Of a stretch of DNA of 45,979 nucleotides, positions 27,151-34,902 are shown one piece after another. Position 1 is the stretch's first letter; each line of letters opens with the position of its first letter. A model generated the notes under the pieces. That model did no database searches. It had not been told where the DNA came from and saw only the letters and a program-made list of their open reading frames with translations. Both the position numbers and the translations under genes were made by a program. Source of the stretch: Candidatus Woesearchaeota archaeon (lineage in GTDB: Archaea; Nanobdellota; Nanobdellia; Woesearchaeales; BM511); the NCBI GenBank assembly GCA_023266675.1, contig JAHFPP010000001.1, positions 1 through 45,979 on the forward strand, written 5' to 3'.

Positions 27151-28083
27151 CTACTTTCGTCCTGCTTTGTATGGATTATATTCTGCTTTTGCTTTCTGGC
27201 TTTTGTCAAACTCTGGCGTTACGCTGTCATGCTCAAATATTTTCTTGTTTGAATCGTATTCGTTTTTCATAAGAAGCGCGTCAACTTCAATGTTTGGGCT
27301 CTCGCAAATTACAACGCCTTTGATTTTGTACTCATGCCACACTGCTATTAAGTCAGTGTAGTTCATGTCAGACTCTTTTAGAATCAAATGATTTCGCTCA
27401 CCCTTCTCTGAATAATTTATCCCAGCCATGTGAATGTGCATATTATTCAAACCTTCTTTTCCTAAATGTTTTTCAATTAAGTCCATGACTTCTTTGAATT
27501 CTTCGTATGTGTTGTATTTTCCGCCAGTCCTTGCGTGAAGATGCGCAAAATCAACTGTCGGCATCACATTTTCAAGCTCTGAAGACATCTTTACAAGCTC
27601 CTGTATGCTTCCAAACTGCGTTGGTTTTCCTGTCGTTTCAGGTCTTACCCAGATATTCACTCCTTCATCTTTGAGTGTTTTAGTTATACCCTTCATATTT
27701 TCTTTTACTGTCTCGTAAACTTTTTTTGGATCATCCTTTTGATAAAATGCTGCGTGAAACGTCATTGAGAAAGCTCCGCACTCATATGCACGGCGTGCAG
27801 CATTAAGTATCCTTTGTATGCTTGCCTCTTCTTTGGCTTTCTCAGCTGAATTCAGGTTTATGAAATACTGCCCGTGGCATGTCAATGTAACATCTTCTTT
27901 CTCAGCTGCTTTTTTCACTTCTTTTGCAAGGTCAGCGCCTATGTTTACACTCTGCACAAACTCTAGCTCCATAGCCGAGAGTCCAAGTTTTCTTACATGG
28001 GATATTCCGTTTAAAGTATTACGCTCTGGCGTTGACGTTGGTATCCCTGCTGTACCAAATAAAAGTTTATTGAATGTTCTCAT
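27151..28083 (-). CDS. AP endonuclease family 2 (endonuclease IV-like) TIM-barrel protein
   Basis: 310 aa. FGTAGIP...GLSAMELEFV, ETTGK and DFAHLHAR motifs as in archaeal Nfo-like proteins, plus a ~35-aa basic C-terminal extension. Confidence 0.7.
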   Translation of the reverse strand: MRTFNKLLFGTAGIPTSTPERNTLNGISHVRKLGLSAMELEFVQSVNIGADLAKEVKKAAEKEDVTLTCHGQYFINLNSAEKAKEEASIQRILNAARRAYECGAFSMTFHAAFYQKDDPKKVYETVKENMKGITKTLKDEGVNIWVRPETTGKPTQFGSIQELVKMSSELENVMPTVDFAHLHARTGGKYNTYEEFKEVMDLIEKHLGKEGLNNMHIHMAGINYSEKGERNHLILKESDMNYTDLIAVWHEYKIKGVVICESPNIEVDALLMKNEYDSNKKIFEHDSVTPEFDKSQKAKAEYNPYKAGRK

Positions 28084-28244
28084 AACAAATGTTTTTACCT
28101 TTTTCTTTTTATGTCTTTGCTTAAATTAGTTAGGATGTCAATTTCATATGTATTTATCGCTAACTAATTCTTGAAAAACTCTGTTTTTCATTGAACACTC
28201 ACATAACCGCAATTTTTATATAGTTTCAATCCTAAAAATTTACT

Positions 28245-28511
28245 ATGTTATATCCAATGCAAGATGAAAGCCGAACTTACAGCTTTGAAATAAGCAGGAT
28301 TTTCGGGTTTTTAAGCGTGCTTTTTGCCATATACCTTCCTCCAACAGGATGCCTTATGGGAGGACTTGGACTATATTATGAGCAAAAAGATGCAAAAGAG
28401 CACGATGCTAAATATAATCATATGAATCTTGCATTAAACGCTGCTGGCCTAGTTATCGGCGGAATGTTTATGGCTTACTGGTTCATATTCAAATTAAAAT
28501 TATTTGGATAA
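28245..28511 (+). CDS. small membrane protein
   Basis: 88-aa ORF with two hydrophobic segments. No family recognised. Confidence 0.35.
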   Translation: MLYPMQDESRTYSFEISRIFGFLSVLFAIYLPPTGCLMGGLGLYYEQKDAKEHDAKYNHMNLALNAAGLVIGGMFMAYWFIFKLKLFG

Positions 28512-28567
28512 CTCGTTTAATCATAAAGAAAAAACATATAAAGAAGTCTCCAAATATATTTCTTAAC

Positions 28568-28729
28568 ATGCCAAACGAACTTTGCAAAGACTGCTGGAGA
28601 TACGCATCATTCAAGGAAGACTGCCACTATCACTGGGAAGAAAAGCAGGAATGTTCAAAACACCTTGAGCATGAGAACGCTGAGGAAAAATTCAAGTCGA
28701 TAGTTGATCCAAGCTTTCATCTGTTCTGA
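28568..28729 (+). CDS. Cys/His-rich miniprotein, 53 aa
   Basis: Hand-translated: MPNELCKDCWRYASFKEDCHYHWEEKQECSKHLEHENAEEKFKSIVDPSFHLF. A TATA-like CATATAAAG lies about 25-30 nt upstream, consistent with a leaderless mRNA. It is below the track cutoff. Confidence 0.3.
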   Translation: MPNELCKDCWRYASFKEDCHYHWEEKQECSKHLEHENAEEKFKSIVDPSFHLF

Positions 28730-28793
28730 TTATTATTTATTTGCTTAATTTTTTTAACAAACTTTTTAAACAAAACTTGATTTTACTCTATTA

Positions 28794-29207
28794 ATGGCAA
28801 AGACAAATTCAAAGCAGTTCGAATACTTTTCACACACAGCTGACGTAAAGTTTCGCGCTTACGGAAAAACTATTGAGGAGCAGTTTGAAAACGCAGCTTA
28901 CGCATCGTTCAACCTGATGTTTGATTCAAAGAAAGTAAAACCTTTGATAAAAAAAGAGATAATGCTTAACTCAAACAAACCTGAAAGCATGCTTTACGAC
29001 TGGATTGATGAGCTTTTGTTTTACCTTGATACAGAGGGATGGTTTTTGTCAAAAGTTGAAACGCTAAAAATAAAAGGAAGCAAGTTAACGGCAACAGTTT
29101 ACGGAGACAACTATAAAAACTACGACACAACAGGATATGTCAAAGGAATCACGTATAGCGAGATGGAGATAACTCCAAAGTATGTGCAGGTTGTGCTTGA
29201 TATATAA
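28794..29207 (+). CDS. archease (RtcB activator)
   Basis: 137 aa. FEYFSHTADVKFRAYG N-terminal signature, and co-location with rtcB. Confidence 0.88.
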   Translation: MAKTNSKQFEYFSHTADVKFRAYGKTIEEQFENAAYASFNLMFDSKKVKPLIKKEIMLNSNKPESMLYDWIDELLFYLDTEGWFLSKVETLKIKGSKLTATVYGDNYKNYDTTGYVKGITYSEMEITPKYVQVVLDI

Positions 29208-29208
29208 A

Positions 29209-29430
29209 ATGGACCAACTTTTATTTACATTAATTATTATGGATGTAATAGGGATAATTGCTATATATCTTGTTTATTCAGGTAAAATTCCGGCTCTTTC
29301 AAGTGGTTTTGTTCCATTTTATAAATATACAAATCCGGGTATCTGGTGGTTTTTATTTATCTTCTTATTAGTATATGTATTATTATTAGTAGGATTTACA
29401 ATTAAAATATTAATATCTGAATTTTTATAA
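29209..29430 (+). CDS. small two-TM membrane protein between archease and rtcB
   Basis: The ATG lies 1 nt after the archease stop. The product MDQLLFTLIIMDVIGIIAIYLVY... is hydrophobic. The track ORF starts earlier, at 29182 inside the archease gene. Confidence 0.4.
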   Translation: MDQLLFTLIIMDVIGIIAIYLVYSGKIPALSSGFVPFYKYTNPGIWWFLFIFLLVYVLLLVGFTIKILISEFL

Positions 29431-29514
29431 TAACTAAAATTTAAAATATATTTTTTAATTTCTGATATAATTCTACAAAAGGTATTTAAAGAGAATAAAA
29501 ATCTTAATTTTATC

Positions 29515-30945
29515 ATGGAATACAAGAAAATAAATGATAATATATGGGAAGTAGAGAAGACTGGCAAAATGAATGTTCCGCTGCGTATTTATGCAAGCGA
29601 AAAGCTTCTTAAAAAAATGGACTCAGACGGAGCCACAGAGCAGGGAATGAACGTTGCATGTTGTCTTCCTGGAATCTATGGAAAATCAATAATGCTTTCA
29701 GATGCACACAGAGGCTACGGTTTCTCCATTGGTGGCGTTGCTGCAATCGATTCAGAAAAAGGATGCATAACTCCTGGCGGAATAGGCTTTGACATAAACT
29801 GCGGAGTACGATTTCTTACAACAAACCTCACAAAAGAGGAAGTTGAACCAAAAATCCGGGAACTTCTAAATTCACTTTTCAAAAACGTGCCATCTGGTGT
29901 TGGTTCAGAGTCAAAAATAAAACTCACAGACAAGCAGCTTGATGACGTATTAAACAACGGCGCAAAATGGGCGCTAGACAACGGATACGGCGAAGCGCAG
30001 GATATCTTGCACTGCGAAGAAGAAGGCCACATGAAAACCGCTGACGCATCAAAAGTCACAATGAAGGCAAAAGCAAGAGGAAGGGCGCAGCTTGGAACGC
30101 TTGGCGCAGGAAACCATTTTCTTGAAGTGCAAATAGTTGACACAATATTTGACAAATCATCAGCAAAGATATTTGGAATAAAAAAAGAAGGGCAGATAGG
30201 AATCATGATTCACTGCGGCTCAAGGGGCCTTGGTCACCAGGTATGCTCAGACTACTTAAGAGAGATGGAAGAAGCGTATCCTGAAATAATGAAGAGCCTT
30301 CCTGAAAAAGATTTAATATACGCGCCATCAGGCTCGCGGCTTGCAGAAGATTATTTCAAGGCAATGAGCGCAGCAGCAAACTACGCATGGGCAAACAGGC
30401 ACATAATCGCGCATTATGTAAGGGTGTCATTCAAAGAAGTTTTTGGCGACAAGACTGAAGTCAATACAACATATGACGTATCGCACAACATGGCAAAGCT
30501 TGAAGAGCACGAGATTGACGGCGAAAAAAGGAAAGTTTATGTTCACAGAAAAGGCGCCACGAGGGCTTTTGGTCCTGGGCGTAAAGAGATTCCAAAAGAT
30601 TACCAAAAAATAGGCCAGCCAATAATAATTCCTGGAAGCATGGGCACATCAAGCTATCTGCTTTTAGGCACAGAGACAGCAATGAAGGAGACTTTTGGGT
30701 CAACAGCTCATGGAGCAGGACGCCAGATGTCAAGGCATGACGCTATAAAATCATTTCGCGGTGAAACAATCAAAGATGAGCTTGAAAAAAGACATATTTA
30801 CCTAAAAACAGCTTCATGGAAAGGCATAGCTGAAGAGGCGCCGCTTGCGTATAAAGACATTGACGAAGTTGTGAAAGTGTCGCATGAAGTTGGCATTGGC
30901 ACACTTGTTGTTAAGGTCATTCCGCTTGGCGTAATAAAAGGATAA
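29515..30945 (+). CDS. rtcB: RNA-splicing ligase RtcB
   Basis: 476 aa. GFDINCGVR, GAGNHF, HCGSRGLGHQ and HGAGR motifs. No intein-size insertion. Confidence 0.93.
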   Translation: MEYKKINDNIWEVEKTGKMNVPLRIYASEKLLKKMDSDGATEQGMNVACCLPGIYGKSIMLSDAHRGYGFSIGGVAAIDSEKGCITPGGIGFDINCGVRFLTTNLTKEEVEPKIRELLNSLFKNVPSGVGSESKIKLTDKQLDDVLNNGAKWALDNGYGEAQDILHCEEEGHMKTADASKVTMKAKARGRAQLGTLGAGNHFLEVQIVDTIFDKSSAKIFGIKKEGQIGIMIHCGSRGLGHQVCSDYLREMEEAYPEIMKSLPEKDLIYAPSGSRLAEDYFKAMSAAANYAWANRHIIAHYVRVSFKEVFGDKTEVNTTYDVSHNMAKLEEHEIDGEKRKVYVHRKGATRAFGPGRKEIPKDYQKIGQPIIIPGSMGTSSYLLLGTETAMKETFGSTAHGAGRQMSRHDAIKSFRGETIKDELEKRHIYLKTASWKGIAEEAPLAYKDIDEVVKVSHEVGIGTLVVKVIPLGVIKG

Positions 30946-30953
30946 ACTAAAAA

Positions 30954-31604
30954 ATGCTGAAGAAAAATTTAAAGAATGAACCAACAAGCAGCATTCTTCA
31001 TCTTGTTGGCGCATCACTTTCAGTTGTTGGACTTGTTGCATTAATACTTCTTGGAGCGTTTAAAGGAACAGTCTGGCACGTTGTCGGATTTACCGTTTTT
31101 GGCGTCGGACTATTTCTTCTTTATCTTGCAAGCACATTATATCACTTCTTTAATGACGGCACAAAAGCAAAGAAAGTTTTTGAAAGAATTGACCATTCAA
31201 TGATTTACGTGCTTATTGCAGCAACGTACACGCCAATATGCCTAACAATACTTCGGGGAACAATGGGGTGGATAATCTTAAGCGCTGTATGGATAACAGC
31301 TATAGTTGGAATAACGCTAAAATCTGCAGGCGTCTTAAAACCAGGACTTTTCTCAACAATAATTTATGTGCTTATGGGATGGGTAATTATCGCAGCATTT
31401 TTTCCTTTAATAAACATAATTCACATATCAGGATTTTTGTGGCTTCTTCTTGGCGGAATATTCTACACAGTAGGCGCAGTGTTTTACCAGTTTGATGAAG
31501 TCGGCTCACACACAAAAGCATGGGGACCTCATGAAACATTTCATGTATTTGTAATGCTTGGAAGCATAATGCATTACGCGTTCATGATACTTTACTTGGT
31601 CTAA
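30954..31604 (+). CDS. hemolysin III / PAQR family membrane protein
   Basis: 216 aa, seven TM helices. RIDHSMIYVLIAATYTP and HETFHVFV motifs. Confidence 0.85.
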   Translation: MLKKNLKNEPTSSILHLVGASLSVVGLVALILLGAFKGTVWHVVGFTVFGVGLFLLYLASTLYHFFNDGTKAKKVFERIDHSMIYVLIAATYTPICLTILRGTMGWIILSAVWITAIVGITLKSAGVLKPGLFSTIIYVLMGWVIIAAFFPLINIIHISGFLWLLLGGIFYTVGAVFYQFDEVGSHTKAWGPHETFHVFVMLGSIMHYAFMILYLV

Positions 31605-31625
31605 AAGAACGCGGTGTCTTGATAA

Positions 31626-32831
31626 TCATACTAAAAGTCTTGTTAAGTCCTCAACGACTTCTTTTTGGCTGTTTCTTTGAAAAAATGTTTTTAAGTTTGT
31701 AAATGATATTTTCTTATCCGCAGGAAGGTGTTCATCTATTCTTAAAGTATATTCCTTAATGACTTCCTCGAGATTTTCTATCAAAGGAAACTCTTTCAAT
31801 GTTGTTTTATCTTTAAGCGCAGCCTGAAGTTTTGTCAGTCTATCATCTTGATTTCCTCTTCTTTCAAGTCTTCTGCTTATCATCTCATACATTATCCAGT
31901 CATTATTTAGTCCGTCAATGTCTAGCATCCTGAAAATATCACGGTGTGTAAATCTAAACTCAAAATCTATCTCAAACAATGAAGAAGCTACATCATTTAC
32001 AACATTAAAATTTATCGGCGCTGCAATGTTCCTAGTAAACCTGCCTTTTTGCATTGCCATATTTATTATCTGACGATATCCTTTTCCTAAATTTATCATT
32101 ACTCTTTTACTGAATTCTTTGTCAACACTTACTCTTTTTGAAAAATACTCATACATTGCGTTTGGAAGTCCGCCGCTTTTTCTGTTTTCATAAAATATGT
32201 CGGAGAAATCTTTTAAAACCATGTATCCCTCTTCTCTGAAGTGAAATATGTTTGGCTCCTTAAACATGTGTTCTTCATCTCCAATCTTGCCTTTTGAATA
32301 GAAATTTCTTTTTACACTATCAAGTTTCTCGGATAGCCTGTGGCTGTTTAAGTCAAACGTCAGGTCGGCAAAGTATCCAGAATCAGTGTATCCTCTCGCA
32401 TATGGGATGTCGCCAGTCACAAAATAATTCTGCGCAGTTGTTTCCCCTTCAAAAAGCTTTTCAAGGCTGTTTGAAAGCGACAGCTTAGCGCCTTCATGAA
32501 CAAACTCCATATTTTCATCTAATTCATTATTTAAAAGAGAAATTAATCTTCCAACTTCATCGTTTCCAACAACCCTTACATTAACATCTTTTCCTGAGGC
32601 TCTTTCACTTAGTGCGTTTAATACAGTGTGTGCTATTATCGGAACACCGCTTAATGTGTAAAGAAATTTAAGGTTGTCTATTCCTAAAACTTGGCTTCTG
32701 TAAAGTGGTATTGTCTGTAGCGCGCTATTATTTTCAATGTCTTTTAAATATTTTTTTGCAGCTTCTTCGTAAGGATTCCTTTCAATATTATAACTTGCAC
32801 TTATGCCAATTGTAATTTCTTCATGCTTCAT
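31626..32831 (-). CDS. hypothetical protein, possibly with an N-terminal nucleotidyltransferase-like fold
   Basis: 401 aa. LSGVPIIAHTVLNAL and FVTGDIPY loosely resemble MobA-like NTP-transferase motifs. The rest is unrecognised. Confidence 0.35.
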   Translation of the reverse strand: MKHEEITIGISASYNIERNPYEEAAKKYLKDIENNSALQTIPLYRSQVLGIDNLKFLYTLSGVPIIAHTVLNALSERASGKDVNVRVVGNDEVGRLISLLNNELDENMEFVHEGAKLSLSNSLEKLFEGETTAQNYFVTGDIPYARGYTDSGYFADLTFDLNSHRLSEKLDSVKRNFYSKGKIGDEEHMFKEPNIFHFREEGYMVLKDFSDIFYENRKSGGLPNAMYEYFSKRVSVDKEFSKRVMINLGKGYRQIINMAMQKGRFTRNIAAPINFNVVNDVASSLFEIDFEFRFTHRDIFRMLDIDGLNNDWIMYEMISRRLERRGNQDDRLTKLQAALKDKTTLKEFPLIENLEEVIKEYTLRIDEHLPADKKISFTNLKTFFQRNSQKEVVEDLTRLLV

Positions 32832-32835
32832 TATT

Positions 32836-33438
32836 TTACAGCTCTATTATTTTTCCTTCACGCCCAACATTTATGACTCTTGTCTTTCCAATTTTTTCTT
32901 CAATCCCTTCAGCTTCATGAACATGTGAACAGAGAAGAATATTAGGCTGCAGCATGTCTATTGCTTTCTTTACGCCAGTTGAACCAGGAACAAAATGCGA
33001 GAACTTCTCCATCTTTGAGTCTGATGGATGGACGTGTGTTACCATTATCTTTTTGTCAAGATACTTTATTTTTTCAAATGCGTTTTTTAGGTTAAGAAAT
33101 ATCTCGCTTTCACTTTGTATATTTGGTCCAACATTTGCGCCGCCAGCGCCAAATATCCCAACATCATCATATCTTACAGAGTATCCGTGGATATTTTTTA
33201 CATTGTAAAACTCGGCTAGAAAATCAGCTGTTGCAAAACTTTCATGGTTTCCGGGTATTAGTAAAACTTTTTTATTCTTCTGCTTGAAATGTCCTATTAT
33301 ATTATCTATTGATTTGTCAAAATCCGTAAAGTCGCCGCATATAACAACAAGGTCAACATTTTCTTTTTCAGCTTTTAACGCAAGCTTTTCGGCTTGAGAA
33401 CTGTCGCCATGTATATCGCCGAATGCAAGAATCTTCAT
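32836..33438 (-). CDS. metallophosphoesterase (calcineurin-like, YfcE/MJ0936-like)
   Basis: 200 aa with GDIHGD, CGDFTD, GNHE and THVHP motifs. Confidence 0.8.
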   Translation of the reverse strand: MKILAFGDIHGDSSQAEKLALKAEKENVDLVVICGDFTDFDKSIDNIIGHFKQKNKKVLLIPGNHESFATADFLAEFYNVKNIHGYSVRYDDVGIFGAGGANVGPNIQSESEIFLNLKNAFEKIKYLDKKIMVTHVHPSDSKMEKFSHFVPGSTGVKKAIDMLQPNILLCSHVHEAEGIEEKIGKTRVINVGREGKIIEL

Positions 33439-33471
33439 AAGTTTTTCACCATAATCAAATCTAAAAATATA

Positions 33472-34041
33472 CTATCTTTTCCTAATTTCAATTTTTTCTT
33501 TGTCAAGAAATATTATTGTTGAAGGCTTTCCCCTTATTTCTCCGTCGTCAATAAAGAAGTCAACTTTGCTCTTTATGGAATTATCAAGGTCTTCGATTGA
33601 TGTCATGAACATATTTCCTGAAATGTTGGCTGACGTTGTTATTATCGGAAAACCAAGAAATGATACGAATCTGCTTATGTAATGATTTGGAATTCTAACC
33701 CCAACTGAACCGGTGTCATTTACTGATATGGATATCGCTTTTGGATTCTTTAATTTCAATACAAGAGTATATGGCCCTGGAAGCTTTTTCAGCCATTCTT
33801 CAATTTCATCTGTTACTATGCAGTTCTGTTTTACCCATTCTACAGATGGTGCAATAACAGATAATGGTCTGTCATGCTGATTCTTGATATTTCTTAATTT
33901 TAAAACAGAAGTCTCGTTTGTGGCGTCACATCCAATACCATAAATTGTATCTGTTGGATAAATGAATACCTCGCCGCTTTCTATCTTTTCAGCCAGTTCT
34001 TCTTTAACCAATCCAAACTCGTCTTTGGTTATTATTCTCAT
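33472..34041 (-). CDS. L-threonylcarbamoyladenylate synthase (YrdC/TsaC-type, YrdC domain only)
   Basis: 189 aa. YPTDTIYGIGCDA, SANISG and PSTII motifs. Confidence 0.85.
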   Translation of the reverse strand: MRIITKDEFGLVKEELAEKIESGEVFIYPTDTIYGIGCDATNETSVLKLRNIKNQHDRPLSVIAPSVEWVKQNCIVTDEIEEWLKKLPGPYTLVLKLKNPKAISISVNDTGSVGVRIPNHYISRFVSFLGFPIITTSANISGNMFMTSIEDLDNSIKSKVDFFIDDGEIRGKPSTIIFLDKEKIEIRKR

Positions 34042-34095
34042 AAAAAAGGCAAATAGGATTTAATATATAAAACTGATGTTTTATATCGTCTATTC

Positions 34096-34233
34096 TTATC
34101 CAAGACAGTCGTCTGAAACAAGCCAGTCATCAGAGAACTGGATGTCAAAAGTATTTTCTCTACTTTGCGCTGTCATTTCCTTTATTTTTCTGTAAAAAAT
34201 TTCCTGTATTGTTGCATGGCTTACATCTATCAT
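34096..34233 (-). CDS. candidate 45-aa ORF
   Basis: Hand-translated: MIDVSHATIQEIFYRKIKEMTAQSRENTFDIQFSDDWLVSDDCLG. An AAGGTGA Shine-Dalgarno lies 4 nt upstream of the ATG on the minus strand. No family recognised. Confidence 0.3.
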   Translation of the reverse strand: MIDVSHATIQEIFYRKIKEMTAQSRENTFDIQFSDDWLVSDDCLG

Positions 34234-34278
34234 TTTTTCACCTTTGACTTATTTCCTATTTTCATTATAAAAAGATGG

Positions 34279-34313
34279 GGCGAGGAGTTTAAAGGGGCGG
34301 AATTTTCCTCGCC
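34279..34313. other. GC-rich hairpin (8-bp perfect stem)
   Basis: GGCGAGGA at 34279-34286 pairs with TCCTCGCC at 34306-34313. The 19-nt loop contains GGGGCGG. The element stands out against AT-rich surroundings. Confidence 0.5.
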
Positions 34314-34379
34314 AGCCAAATCATTATAATTTTCTATAATTAATGATGCCTGTTTCCTTTATATAGCTCATGCCAGTAT

Positions 34380-34429
34380 GTCCAGTGTCCAGTGGAGGCA
34401 TTTATAGACGAGAAGAATGTGTCCAGTGG
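34380..34429 (+). promoter_or_regulatory. three ORB-like GTCCAGTG(G) motifs (candidate Orc1/Cdc6 binding sites)
   Basis: GTCCAGTG at 34380-34387, TCCAGTGG at 34388-34395 and GTCCAGTGG at 34421-34429, all in the same orientation. An additional CCAGT sits at 34373-34377. Confidence 0.45.
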
Positions 34430-34442
34430 TTCTGTTAATTTG

Positions 34443-34513
34443 TTAATATACCCCGCCGCTATGCAGCGGTTGGGATCACGGAAATTCGTAGTGTAACATC
34501 AAGGGTATATTAA
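34443..34513. repeat. 11-bp perfect inverted repeat enclosing a GC hairpin
   Basis: TTAATATACCC at 34443-34453 and GGGTATATTAA at 34503-34513 flank 49 nt. That interval contains CCGCT-ATGC-AGCGG (34456-34469) followed by TTGGGAT. Confidence 0.6.
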
Positions 34514-34534
34514 TTTTAAAAATCACAAAATAAC

Positions 34535-34568
34535 CCGCCATTGGAGGGCGGTTGGGATTTTTATTTAT
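34535..34568 (+). terminator. GC hairpin plus T-run (possible terminator or second copy of a repeated hairpin module)
   Basis: CCGCC (34535-34539) and GGCGG (34547-34551) form a stem around a 7-nt loop, followed by TTGGGATTTTTATTTATTT. It shares the stem-plus-TTGGGAT tail with the hairpin at 34456-34476. Confidence 0.35.
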
Positions 34569-34607
34569 TTACAATATCTTTATTAATATTCTATCTATTT
34601 TTTTATC

Positions 34608-34889
34608 ATGGTCGTTCATACTGCATACAAAATAATTGTTAGAGGTCTTGTTCAGGGAGTGTATTTTAGGGAAACTGCTAGAAAGGAGGCTTATAGGCTA
34701 GGGATTAAAGGTTACGTCAAAAATACTGATGAAGAATGCGTTGAAATAGTCGCAGTTGGACCTAGTGACGACATCGATGAGTTTGTAAAGTGGTGCCATA
34801 ATGGCACTGAAGAGTCAAGAGTAGATTCTGTTGAAGTTGAAATAATTGATATTAAAACAGACTTTAAAGATTTTATAATACTGCGTTGA
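34608..34889 (+). CDS. acyP: acylphosphatase
   Basis: 93 aa. VRGLVQGVYFRETARKEAYRLGIKGYVKN is the acylphosphatase signature. Confidence 0.85.
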   Translation: MVVHTAYKIIVRGLVQGVYFRETARKEAYRLGIKGYVKNTDEECVEIVAVGPSDDIDEFVKWCHNGTEESRVDSVEVEIIDIKTDFKDFIILR

Positions 34890-34902
34890 TAACATAATTA
34901 CT

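Noticed and set aside
29715-30206. A 163-aa minus-strand ORF inside rtcB
   Set aside because: It is an antisense shadow ORF of a highly conserved gene.
34340-34348. C/D-box sRNA, because of the AATGATGC C-box-like sequence
   Set aside because: No CTGA D box or internal C'/D' boxes occur at appropriate spacing downstream.
8748-34397. A 25.6-kb segment bounded by the inverted GTCCAGTG(G)TCCAGTGGAG copies, considered as a mobile or invertible element
   Set aside because: The interval is filled with core single-copy housekeeping genes (aIF5B, proteasome, exosome, RtcB and others). It has no integrase, transposase or invertase. The motif pair is better explained as binding sites.
34371-34430. 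CRISPR-like array, because of the short direct repeats
   Set aside because: The repeats are only 8-9 nt and are either directly abutting or 25 nt apart. There is no regular repeat-spacer periodicity and no cas genes in the window.
34446-34510. Possible tRNA or split-tRNA half, given the stem-closed GC-containing element
   Set aside because: It is only about 65 nt. The closing stem is A/T-rich. There is no GTTCRANYC-like T-loop, no D-arm consensus and no anticodon-arm geometry on either strand.
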